This document shows, in pieces, positions 10,906 through 21,212 of a stretch of DNA of 64,000 bases. The stretch comes from Chloropicon primus (Eukaryota). The stretch is taken from contig CP060764.1 in assembly GCA_023205875.1 (NCBI GenBank), positions 434,001-498,000 of the forward strand, written 5' to 3'. The notes beneath the pieces are model-generated. The model made no database searches, was not told the origin of the DNA, and saw nothing but the letters and a program-made list of their open reading frames with translations. A program made the position numbers and the translations under genes. Numbering within the stretch: the stretch's first letter is position 1; each line of letters begins with the position of its first letter.

Positions 10906-11799
10906 TCAGACCGTAAAGAAATAAGGGCTGACCGGATCGGGTGCCCTGCTCACGTTCCGGTGCCAGCGCCGAATAATATAGACGTTCATCACCAAAAAGA
11001 AGGTCGCGCACGTCAGAATGATTGGAATGAAGTCCACTGTCACCTTCGTGAGCTTCTTCTCCGCTACCAGAAGGTCGAACTCGAAGAACCGATTCTGTCG
11101 GTCCTGCTTCGAGTCCGAGAACCTCGTGCTGTGTTGGCCCGCCAACCGCTCCGTCTTCGTCAACACCCCAAGCTCGTCGCCAACCTCGCCAGAAGGGAGA
11201 CTCAGAGTCCTTATCCTGATGTGAAGGTACACTTCGGTGACGTGCAAGTGCTTCAGATCGTGCATTGGGTTGAGGAACTTGATCTCCGTATCTATCAATT
11301 CTCTCTTCTCGCTCTGGGTGGCCTCCTCTGTGTCCGGACCTGGCCGCCGTAGCCAGCCCCACGTCCCCCCTGAGTCGCTAAACAAACTCCTGTTTTGCTT
11401 GAAGAACACCTTCACATTGAACTGGTCGTCCCCCTCCGTGAACACGGAGGTCCCATCCGAGAACACCGTCTCGAGCTTCAAGTCGAAGACTCTCACGTGT
11501 GTCGTCTTGGCCACGTAGGAGAACCGAATATGGTACTTGTTGCCAGACACCAGGTTTACCAATAGGACTCTGTTCCACTCCTGAGCCTCCTCGCCCTGAG
11601 GAATGCACGTGTTGTACAAAGGCTTCCGCGGCGTTATCCGAAGTATGGAATCGGCCTTGTCGATAGGACAAATACTCTCCCCGTTCACGTCCTTCCTCAC
11701 CTGGCTGAAGCAGGACACCGGGAGACAATTCGCAGCAACCACTGCAAAGATCGCCACCAGCAACCCATATCTCGGACCAAGGAGAAAGCCAGGCGCCAT
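10906..11799 (-). CDS. Type I membrane protein (signal peptide, C-terminal TM); tentatively PGA1-like/plant 'caveolin-1 protein'-like family
   Basis: Hydrophobic N-terminus LLVAIFAVVAA; YHIRFSY and RELIDTEIKF segments recalled as similar to that family; TM FIPIILTCATFFLVMNVYII followed by RR. Confidence 0.55.
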   Translation of the reverse strand: MAPGFLLGPRYGLLVAIFAVVAANCLPVSCFSQVRKDVNGESICPIDKADSILRITPRKPLYNTCIPQGEEAQEWNRVLLVNLVSGNKYHIRFSYVAKTTHVRVFDLKLETVFSDGTSVFTEGDDQFNVKVFFKQNRSLFSDSGGTWGWLRRPGPDTEEATQSEKRELIDTEIKFLNPMHDLKHLHVTEVYLHIRIRTLSLPSGEVGDELGVLTKTERLAGQHSTRFSDSKQDRQNRFFEFDLLVAEKKLTKVTVDFIPIILTCATFFLVMNVYIIRRWHRNVSRAPDPVSPYFFTV

Positions 11800-12243
11800 C
11801 CTGCCCGTCAAAGACCTTGGCCTCGGTGGCCTGGGTCGTCCTCCTCCCTCCGAAGCACGCCGTGACCTTGGCCTCTTCTCTCTCCAGGAGGAGGAGTTGT
11901 CCTTCCTCTCTCTCTCTCTTGGACCAAGAGCACCCAGGGCTCTTGATGTTTGGTTAAGAAAACGCCAAGAGCCTAAGAGGGAGGGAGATCATCTGACACG
12001 GCAGCCAGCTGGATACCGCCAGACGGAGACGGATAGATTAGCATCCTCGTATCTGAAAATAATGCAAGCTCAGGGAAAACTCCAAAGCGTTTGGCGGATG
12101 GCGGGCTCGTTCGAGTTGCTGTTGTTGAACCTCTCTCTTGACGCTCGGAAGTGCTTCGCTGCTGGGAGATGAGCGAACCGACCCTGCCCGGAGACTAGAG
12201 AAACCCAAAAACTAGAGAGTTTTACTGCCAAGAAGATAAAAAA

Positions 12244-13253
12244 TTACTGCGACGTAAAGTTCTTGACCTGCTCGAAGACGAAGGACACAAAGTCGAGCGC
12301 CAGAATTCCGATGGCGACCTTAAGAACGATGCCAAAGGGTCCGTCGAGAACGCTCTGGTCCTTGTTAGCTTTCCTGTGCGCCTCTGTCCACCCCACGAGG
12401 TCAGAGACTCCTCCGTTACCCGCGAATCGGATGTCCTTGCCATCCTTCACGGGAAGGTCGCCGGGCTCCGCGGTGTCCAAGCCACCGGTCACCCAAGCCA
12501 CCTTGCTGTAGCCGTTCTTGGCGAGCTGCTCGCAGGCCGAGAGGGACCTGAGGCCCTTCTGGCACGCGACGATGACGCTGGAATCCGTTGGGATCCCCTT
12601 CCTCACCGATCCCATGAACTTGGTGTTGAGCTTCATGTGCCTATTTCCGAGCCACCAGCCACCCATGCCAAAGGCGGACATCTGCTTCAGGAGACCGCCG
12701 GGGCTCATGTCGTCGTCCGTGACGAAGAGGGGCACCTCCACCGACCCCTCGATGTGCCCCTTGTTCGTCTCCTCCGGGGGGCGGACGTCCAGCAAAACCC
12801 AGCCGTTGGACAGCAAGTTGCCCACCTCCGCCGCGTTCACCGCCTTGATCTTCCCCTCCTGGACCTGAGCCTCCAGCCTCTTCATCTGCTCGTCCATCAT
12901 GCGGGCCGTTTCCTCGGCCGAGGCGCGGCACACGCCCGCCTGCTGGGACATCCTCCCCGCCACCCTGCCGAGGCTCGCCGCTGCATTCCGAGCAAGAAAA
13001 CAAAAAGGGAGAAGAGCGAGTGAGTATATGTGGGTGTGGGTGTGGGTGTGGGTGTAGGTGCGCGCGCGAACGCGTGTCAGAACCCAAGGTGTCAGCCCGC
13101 GAGGGGAGAGCGAGTGCGCCACCAAGTGGACCCACCTTGCGTGCCACTAATCAGAGCAGGCGGAGATCTTCTGCTCGTGGTCCTCTCCGGCAAAGCCGCT
13201 TTGGACCGGACACCGGTCCTCGTGGACATTTTCGTAGCCTTGAGAGCCGTCAT
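12244..13253 (-). CDS. Chloroplast rhodanese-like domain protein (STR11-like); exons 13253-13136 and 12980-12244
   Basis: WVLLDVRP, GHIEGS, active-site loop VACQKGLRS, GGL; phase-1 GT..CAG intron 13135-12981 joins a transit-peptide exon in frame. Confidence 0.85.
13030..13055 (+). repeat. (GTGTGG)n microsatellite inside the rhodanese intron
   Basis: Directly visible tandem hexamer. Confidence 0.8.
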
Positions 13254-13722
13254 CCTCGCCCCCTTCGATTCGAACACCTGCGCTCCTTCGTCCTTTCAGC
13301 CGACAGCCAACGCCATCATCGCAAGCAGCCAAGGAAAAAAAAAAAACAGATGGGTTTCAGCGTCTAAAATTCTCCCCCGTGGGCCGCTCCCGACGAGCGA
13401 GGAACCGAGCGAAAGCTCGCGAGACGACGGTTGAGTTGATCCGCAGCGCGCACGGTGCACGAGTCCCACACAGTCGTCCACCCCTTACCTTCCTTTGAAC
13501 GTTCGACTGTCGACGTCGCAGCCGCTTCTTACGATCTCTATCTTCAATCTCAATTGAGATCCGATAAACCAATCGGAGAGCAGCGTTGCACTCCAGGCTT
13601 TGGGAGGGGAACCAAGGCTGAAGCTGGGACGTCTGGAAGGAAAGTCTCGGTCTCGATTCAAAGGGGAATGTGGTTGAAATGAATGCATGTGAGCTTAATT
13701 CCGCGCAGTGCTGTGCACCCTC

Positions 13723-15390
13723 CTACTGCTCCTTTTCTTGCTGGTGTGCGAGCTGGATCTCCTCCTTGGACTTGCCAGTCATGTGCCCGAGAAAGTTTGT
13801 CTCCGCATCGGCCCCGTGCTCGAGGCTCGCCTCGTTAAAGGCGTCGAGGGTGACCTCGTCCAAGAGGAGGAGCTTGAACTTGATCAGGGGATCCTTCTTC
13901 AGGACGAGCATCCTCCACGGCATCAGGAGGACCTGCATGATGATCCACATCATGGTTCCCGCGATGATGCCGTACGCGATGTTGAAGGTCAGGGGGATCA
14001 TCACGAGGGTGGCAAACGCAGGCAGAGCCTCCTCGGCGTCCGACCAATCGAAGTCGCTTATGTTCTTCATCATCAGGGCGCCGACGATGCACAGGATGGG
14101 GCCCGACGCGAGGGGCGGGATCTCCGAGAGCACGGGCGCGAAGGGGATGGCCAGGGCAAACCAGAGCCCCACGGCAATGGCCGTGAGGCCGGTCCTTCCG
14201 CCGTCCACCACGCCCGCCGCGGACTCGATGTACGTCGTGACCGTGCTCGTTCCCATGCAGCTTCCAACGATCGTGCCGATGGAATCCGCCGCATAGGCCA
14301 TATTTGCCTGTCCCTTGGGAAGATTGCCGTTCTTGTCGACGCACCCCGCCCTCTTGGCGACCGCGAAAAAGGTTCCGCTGCTGTCGAGGATGTCCGTGTA
14401 GAGGAAGGTGAACACCGCCACCCAGAAGCCGTTGTCCCCCACCGCGGCCCACTGGAAGACGCCCGCGGTGTTTTCGATCTTGGCGGCCTCGGCGAACTTG
14501 TCGGGAGCGTAGCAGAAGCAGCCCGCATCCTCGTACTGGGTGGCGTTGAGACCCCCACCACAGGCACCGACGGGATAGTTGAATGCACTGGCGTTCTGCC
14601 TTGCCCAGCACTCGGACCAGGCCACCAGGGTGCCGAAGACAATGCCGACGAGGGGCGCGCCGGGAATCTTGATGGTCATCATCGTCGCGGTTAGGACGAG
14701 GACCACGACGGAGAGCCACATTTTGCTTGCGTCATAGTTCGAGGACACGGTGAGCGGAGTGTTCAGCTGGACCAGTGTGGCAGGGTTATCGACGACGAGG
14801 GCCATCCCCTCAACGCTCTGCAGGCCAATGAAGCACAGGAAGATCCCGATACCGGCTCCGACGGCGAGCTGGACGCCCCTCGGGAGCAGCCTCACCAGCA
14901 GGGTCCGCAAGCCCAGCAAGCTCAGCACGAGGAAGAAGATCCCAGAGAAGAACACCGCCGTGAGAGCGTCTTGCCACGGCATGCCGTAGGAGAGGACGGC
15001 GGTGAAGGTGAAGTAGGCATTGGCGCCCATACCGGGGGCGAGGCCAAAGGGGAAGTTACTGAGTAACCCCATCAGGATCGACCCGATGCACCCGGCAGCG
15101 GCGGTGGCGATGATCAAGTCCTTCTTGTACGGTATCACAATCCCGAGAATGTTTGCGTTCACTGGCAGAATGTAGGCCATTGTGAGGAACGTCACAGTCC
15201 CCGCCCTCAACTCCGTCCACCAGTTCGACCCCTTCTCCTTCATCAGGAAAGGGTCCTTGGCGTTCAGGTGGGAGAAGTCCCCCAGCACTCCCGTCTTGTC
15301 CACAATCTTTCGAAACAAGGACGTCTCCTCCTCCTCCTTCTCCATCTCCTCCTCCGCGCTCGCAGGATTGTTGTTGCTCTCCTCCGTCAT
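13723..15390 (-). CDS. AzgA/AZG-family adenine/guanine permease (NCS2-like)
   Basis: ELRAGTVTFLTMAYILPVN, LAPGMGANAYF, DILDSSGT, TTYIESAAGVVDGGRTGLTA, IPLTFNIAYG; many TM segments; start at MTEESNN. Confidence 0.92.
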   Translation of the reverse strand: MTEESNNNPASAEEEMEKEEEETSLFRKIVDKTGVLGDFSHLNAKDPFLMKEKGSNWWTELRAGTVTFLTMAYILPVNANILGIVIPYKKDLIIATAAAGCIGSILMGLLSNFPFGLAPGMGANAYFTFTAVLSYGMPWQDALTAVFFSGIFFLVLSLLGLRTLLVRLLPRGVQLAVGAGIGIFLCFIGLQSVEGMALVVDNPATLVQLNTPLTVSSNYDASKMWLSVVVLVLTATMMTIKIPGAPLVGIVFGTLVAWSECWARQNASAFNYPVGACGGGLNATQYEDAGCFCYAPDKFAEAAKIENTAGVFQWAAVGDNGFWVAVFTFLYTDILDSSGTFFAVAKRAGCVDKNGNLPKGQANMAYAADSIGTIVGSCMGTSTVTTYIESAAGVVDGGRTGLTAIAVGLWFALAIPFAPVLSEIPPLASGPILCIVGALMMKNISDFDWSDAEEALPAFATLVMIPLTFNIAYGIIAGTMMWIIMQVLLMPWRMLVLKKDPLIKFKLLLLDEVTLDAFNEASLEHGADAETNFLGHMTGKSKEEIQLAHQQEKEQ

Positions 15391-15919
15391 GGTGATCGCG
15401 ATGATCTCCCGCCCCTTACCGCGCAGTCCCTTCCAATCGTCCTCAGCGTCGACGTCGACGTCGTCCCTCCGCTCTGGGGCTCCCTCCTCTCTCTTGTCAC
15501 TTCTCCGCGAGCTACAGCTAGAGCCTAACCTAAGGGCGTTACAAAATATCATCAGAGTCAGAGGAGGGAGGGAGAAGGACGAGGAGGAGGATGCGAAAAG
15601 GCAGTCATGGTGACACAGAGAGCATAATAATAGAGTGAAAATTTGTTTGTTTCTACCTACATTGTGTTTATCTTGTCTCAAACACCCTGTTGCTCTCCCT
15701 CCCTCCTCCCTCTTCCTGTCTTGACCTTCACAATATGGAAGGGGACTCTTGCTCGGCTTCTCTTGCACGGACGACGAGGAGCTTGGGGTTGGGTTGGTGC
15801 GTGACGGGAGGAAGGAGGGAGAGGGACTTTGTGGAGGGGGAAGGGAGGGGGTTTCGATAGAGGGACTGCGTGGGTATTGGGGGCGGAAGGAAGGGAAGGA
15901 GGAGAGCGCTTCCCAACAC

Positions 15920-15953
<34 letters not shown>
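15920..15953 (+). repeat. (ATTG)n tetranucleotide microsatellite
   Basis: Directly visible, just upstream of the Nudix ATG. Confidence 0.85.
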
Positions 15954-15968
15954 GTCCTGGGTGGCTTG

Positions 15969-16682
15969 ATGCCTGCGGGTCTTCGGACGATCATGAAGAG
16001 CTCTGCGGTGACACTGGAGGTGGCCACGGCTCGGCTGAGGGCGCGGCTGGACAACAGCGCCGCGGCGAAGCCTCTGAGCAGCGCGAACTTCGGGAGCCCG
16101 AAGCTCGCGAACAGGGCCAAGGCGGCCGTCCTGGTCCCCCTGTTCGAGGAGGAGGAGGGAGGGGACGGGCTCTCGGTGTGGCTCACGAAGAGGAGCGAGG
16201 TGAACGTGAGCACGCACAAGGGGGAGGTGAGCCTCCCGGGTGGCAAGGGGGAGGAGGACGAGGACTGCTACCAGACGGCGGTGAGGGAGGCGAGGGAGGA
16301 GGTCGGCATCGGGGAGGAGCACGTCAACCTCATCGGTTGCCTTCCGCCTGTTTTGAGCAAGCATGGACTTGTCGTATCGCCGGTCGTGGCGACCCTGACC
16401 AAAGAGGCGCCGGAGCCGAGGGTGCAGACCCCCGAGACCGAGGTCGTGTTCAAGGTGCCCCTGTCCATCTTCAACCGGGAGTGCGACAGGGCGCGGCACC
16501 GCAGCAAGCTTTACAGCTGGAACACCACGCCGTACACGCTTCACTTCTTCGACTACGAGGACGACGCCGGGCAAGCGCACACGATATGGGGCTTGACGGC
16601 GTACATCCTGATCGAGGTGGCGGAGATCGTGTACGGCGCCAAGCCTTACTTCCCGAAGCATGTCAACGCCTCAAAGTATTGA
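15969..16682 (+). CDS. Nudix hydrolase, CoA pyrophosphatase (NUDT7/8, NUDX11/15-like)
   Basis: AAVLVPL, LTKRS..HKGEVSLPGG CoAse motif, Nudix box TAVREAREEVG, IWGLTAYILI. Confidence 0.9.
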   Translation: MPAGLRTIMKSSAVTLEVATARLRARLDNSAAAKPLSSANFGSPKLANRAKAAVLVPLFEEEEGGDGLSVWLTKRSEVNVSTHKGEVSLPGGKGEEDEDCYQTAVREAREEVGIGEEHVNLIGCLPPVLSKHGLVVSPVVATLTKEAPEPRVQTPETEVVFKVPLSIFNRECDRARHRSKLYSWNTTPYTLHFFDYEDDAGQAHTIWGLTAYILIEVAEIVYGAKPYFPKHVNASKY

Positions 16683-16741
16683 TCTCTCCCTCTCTCTCTT
16701 TGTGGGTGCGTGCGTGGCGTGCGTGGCGTGGGTGTAGTGTA

Positions 16742-18101
16742 TTACAGTTTCAATACGATTCCTTGGGCCTTCTTGCTCAAGATGTCGAGCGCGGTTCGAA
16801 GGAGCTCCTGGGGAGGGACGACCCCCGTGCTTTCAATAGTAAAAATATAATGCTCCTTCTTCTTCCTCAACTGAAGCTTGTCCTTCCACTCGTCCTCCGC
16901 GGAGAGGGCCCTGATCCTCTCCAGACACTCCAACGGAGGCTCTTGGGCGGCCTGCAGGCCCGACGGACCCATGGAGAAGACGGACGAGCCAAAAGTCTCG
17001 AGGAGCTCCTCCGCCGCTCCGCCGGCCATGTCCTGAAGGAGAACGACCTCCGGGCAGAGGCGGTACCACGCCGTGGCCACGGGCGACCACTTGGCGTGCT
17101 CGGCCCCCGTCCCTTTGGTGCAGTGGGCTTCCAGCTCGATCTCCTGCCCAGCGCTAAGTTTTGCGATCAGAATATCCTCGTGCACCGGCCGCACGGGGTT
17201 CGATTTCAGCTCCGGCGTCGTGTCCTGTGACGACGTGAAGTTCACGCCCGTCTCCTCCGGTATCTCGCTCCCCGCTGGAACCCACTTGAGTTCGCTGGAC
17301 TTGACCTTCCCGTACCCATTGCCTTGGTTGGTCTTGCCTCCAGGCTTCTTGCCGTGGCAAGACGCCCTGAGCTTCAACACTATCGTGTTCTTCTCGTTCT
17401 TGGCCTCGCCGGCCGCGTCTCCCCTGTACGAGAACATCGAGGGGTCGGCCGCGATGGGGATCAGCCCGAGCCTGTGCGCCACGACCTCGTCAGGGATAGT
17501 CGAAGTGTTGTTGAGGAAAAACACGTGCTCGATGGCCATGGTCGGAACCTCCGAGATCAGGATCCTGCGCAGAGCGTTGGCGAAAGAGGGGCTGACGCCG
17601 ATGAGATCGAACTCCATCATCTCCTCGTTCAGCTTCCTCACCCGAATGCTCATGCCCTCCTCGAAATCCTTGAAGGTTTTCGAGTTACTGACCCCGTGCG
17701 TTGCATAGGAATGCGCCGAGCCAAAGTACTTGGCCTGCAAGTCGAAGAAAGGCCAAGAGAATTTAGCGGTGGGTGGTTGGGGCAGAAGAAGAAGAAGAAG
17801 AAGAGTGGTCTTTGAGTCAGAACAAGAAGCCTCGCAAACGACGAGGGGAAACCAAACCCGTTCCACCGGGGTGCCGCGCCATCGCCTCCGCGCGTCGCCT
17901 GGTGGCCTTCTGGCTGAGAGTACTCACACTTGTGTTGGACTCGGCTCCGCAGAACACTCTGGTCCTCTGCGCTTCCAAGTAGTCCGGCAACCCTGAAACC
18001 GCGAAGTCCCTCTCCAGCCGAGTCTCCGCCGGCGCACTCCCGCTCGCGCCATCCTTCCCCCCCTTGGAGCTCTTCCTCTTCCCCGTCGAGGACCTCGTCA
18101 T
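16742..18101 (-). CDS. RPAC1: RNA polymerases I and III subunit AC1 (RPAC1/RPC40); exons 18101-17928 and 17734-16742
   Basis: FANALRRILISEVPTMAIE, NNTS..DEVVAHRLGLIP, DILIAKL..GQEI, HAKWSPVATAWYRL, FTIESTG; phase-0 GTGAGT..TTGCAG intron. Confidence 0.93.
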
Positions 18102-18573
18102 TCTCAAACCTTCCTTCCAAACCTGCAAGCCTCCTTGCCTTCTGTCCCCTCCGTCCGAAACCAACCAACCAACCAACCAAGCAAGGAAGCAAGCAAGCGA
18201 GTTCCACAAAAACAAAAACAAAAACGAAAGCCCAAAGAGACGTGCGCTTCGATCGCGATCGATCCCAACCGATCGCTTCCCCTCCCTCGCCTCCGTCAAC
18301 CTTTCCGCCTCGCCGCCGTCGCCTTGGCTCCTGCCAAAGTGATCGACTGATCGATCGGAGAAGCGAAGCGATCAAAAGAGGGAGACCCGGGGCGCTGGTG
18401 TGATCGATCGATCGGGGCGGAAGGGGAAGCGATCGTGGAGAGGGGAGGGGAAGGTAGAGGGAGGGGAGGGGTTTCAAGTGGTAGAGCGTCTCGAGGGCTT
18501 TCGATCGTTGCCTCGCTTGACCCGTTTTGAATCAGGGGTCGTCGGGAAGGCGCTCAGAGAGTGATCGAACGAG

Positions 18574-21181
18574 ATGGAAGGCGAAGGGGCACAGTTCGAG
18601 GAGGAGGCTTTGGACGGGATGGAGCAGGTGGAGGAGGAGGCGTCCTCGTCCTTGACCTCTTACCCTTTGCTTAACATCAAAGTCAAGACCATGGTCCCCG
18701 CGGAACACGACCTCAGCATAGGGAGTGGATCCACCATAAGGGATCTGAAGCTCGAGGTAAGAGCACCTTCCCCTGACTTCCGAGCGGCGAGGAGGGCGGG
18801 ATCGTCGCGTCCCGCTCCCTCTGTGGAGGATCGCGGAGCGAGCCGCTGATACGTGTTTTTTTGTTCTGCTTTTTTTGTTGTTGTTCCGGCTGTCTTCGTC
18901 CTTTCGGTTGCTGCAGGTTGAGAGGGTCTCTGGCGTAGAGGTGGACAGGCAGAGGATACTGTTTTGCGGCAGAGTCCTCGCGGAGAATGACAAGACCTTG
19001 GAGGAGTCTGGAATCAAAGACGGCCATGTGCTGCATATGGTGGAGAGGCCGCCGGATGTGCCCCCGCAGCCCAGGAACAACGTGCCCCCACAACCGAGTC
19101 AGACGGGGGGTTTGCCGCCGGGGAACGTGCAGAGGATCGCGATAGGCACGATCAACTCCGGGCCTGGGGCCGCGGAGGCTCCTGCAAATGTGGACAGGCT
19201 CATATCTGGTCTCATCAGCGCGCTCGGGAACTCCATAGGGAACCCAGCAGGGGTGTCCCCAGCGAATCTGAACGTGGGACCGGGCGGCCAAGGGGTTGGC
19301 GGACCAGCGGCAGGGGCAGGCGGAGCCCCGGGGAGCTTGCCACTTGGGGTGGAAGTGCAGCAGGTCGAGATAAATATTGATGCGGGTCCTCCTGGCTTGG
19401 GGGGTGCCAGAGTTGCAGGCGATGCCAGATCGGAGCAACGCCACCCGCTTGAGGCTCTGGACTCGTTCATCTCTCAGATGGGGAGGATCATGGAAGCTCA
19501 CAGAGAGAGCCTGGACGAGAACGGGAGGCGCCCAGTCGTGGATCAGAGCAACCACGGCCCGGGCTCGAGCAACAGCGGGGCGAGGCACTTTGCTGTTGAG
19601 TGTGATATCTGCGGGGCGTGCCCCATCCGCGGTGCTCGGTACAAGAGCCTGGCTCACGACAACTACGACCTGTGCGAGCATTGCGTGAGAACAGAGGCGG
19701 CAAGGGAGCAAGAGCCCTACGTTCAGGTCGAGATTCCCATGTGCAACCAAATTCCTTACACAAGTCTGACCGCGAGGAGCAGGGCAGACCGTCCGGAGGC
19801 CACGGAGAGAATGAGGGCAGCGGTGACATCTGTGTTGGGAGAACAGAGCGGGGGGGAAGAGGTGAATTGGGACAGGACGACAGTCTCCGCGCTTTGTGAG
19901 CTGCTCTCCAGAACGGGATCTCTGATGACCACGCAGGTTAACGATTACATCGCCCAGCAGGTCTCGAGCATCACATCTCAGCTGGAGGAAGTAGGCGACT
20001 TGGGAGGGCGCCACAGCGTGCAGGGCAGCCTGGTGCAAACGAGCAGCATGATGAACGCGCTAGGTGGAATCTTCGTTGAGATGGGCAGGCTCTTTGGAGG
20101 CTTGCACCTGCCTGTGCCATCCCAACCCTCCTCTTCTCCGTTCAGTATGGGGAACAACCTTGGATACATCAGCCACAACGGCAGTCAAGTGAACGTACCT
20201 CCGCCCATGGGGGGGATGGACCGCTTTGGCCTGCTGCCTTACTCTGGGATTAGAATCCCTGTGCCCCTGCGGAGTCAGCCGCCAAGGCCACCCGCTAACA
20301 CCGGTGGGCCTGCTCCACCCGCGGCTCCCCCGGCTGCGGCGCCACCACCTTCTGCGCCTCCAGCGTCAACCCAAGGGACCGAGCCCAGAGTGGGGGGGGA
20401 TGCACAAGCGGGCACGACAGGAAGCGCGGAGCAGAGCGCCCAAGGGCCAGGTCCTAGGATAGGTGGCCAAGTTGTGACAATAGAAAACATGGAGCAGCTG
20501 CTTTTGCAGAGAAGTAACGATCTGCTTCAACAAATGAACAACGATTCGCCTGTAGTGGACGAGGAGCCTGGGGCGCTACAGGGCGCTGCAGGTACTCCGG
20601 AGCCGGAGCCGAGCACAAGCACAACACCTTCACCTGAAGTTGAGACCCCAGCGGAAGAGAAAGAAGAGAAGGAGGAGGAGGAGGAAAAGCAGGAAGAAGA
20701 AAAGCAGGAAGAAGAAAAGCAGGAGAAGAAAGGTCCCCCTGGGGCCGCTGGCCTCGGATTGGGCGGCGGCCTTGGTCTGGGACCTCGCCGAAAAAAAGTT
20801 GAGAAAAAGAAGGAGGAGAAGGATCCTCCTGCCCCTGGGGCCGCTGGCCTCGGATTAGGCGGCGGCCTTGGTCTGGGACCTCGCCGCAAAAAAGTCGTGA
20901 CCCGCAAAAAAGTCGTGCAGAGGCCAAAGAAGCCTGAACCGGCCACCGGGGAGGGATCGTCGTTGCAGGGCTTGATGTCCTCCATGTCCTCCATCCTCGG
21001 AGGCCCTCCCATGAAGGAGGAAAAGGAGGAGGAGGAGGAATCCTTTGAAGAGAGCATGAGAGCCTTGAGCGAGGAGGACCAGAAACGCTGGGCCGAAACG
21101 ATTCAGGAGGACGAGCTTGAGCAGGAAGAAATGCGCATGATGCAGTTCTCCGAAGCTTATCGGTCACTCGACAATGTTTAG
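18574..21181 (+). CDS. BAG6/CIP73-like ubiquitin-like-domain protein with internal ZZ zinc finger; exons 18574-18756 and 18917-21181
   Basis: UBL (NIKVKT..RQRILFCGRVL..HVLHMVERPP), ZZ (CDIC..RYKS..NYDLCEHC), GLGLGG motif, C-terminal W..TIQ.D...Q....FSEAY like the BAG6 C-terminus; GTAAG..CTGCAG intron. Confidence 0.75.
20737..20895 (+). repeat. Direct duplication of about 63 bp encoding PGAAGLGLGGGLGLGPRRKKV twice
   Basis: Near-identical copies at about 20737-20799 and 20833-20895. Confidence 0.9.
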
Positions 21182-21212
21182 GTAAGACTAAATTTATGGT
21201 ACAGCAAAAGAA

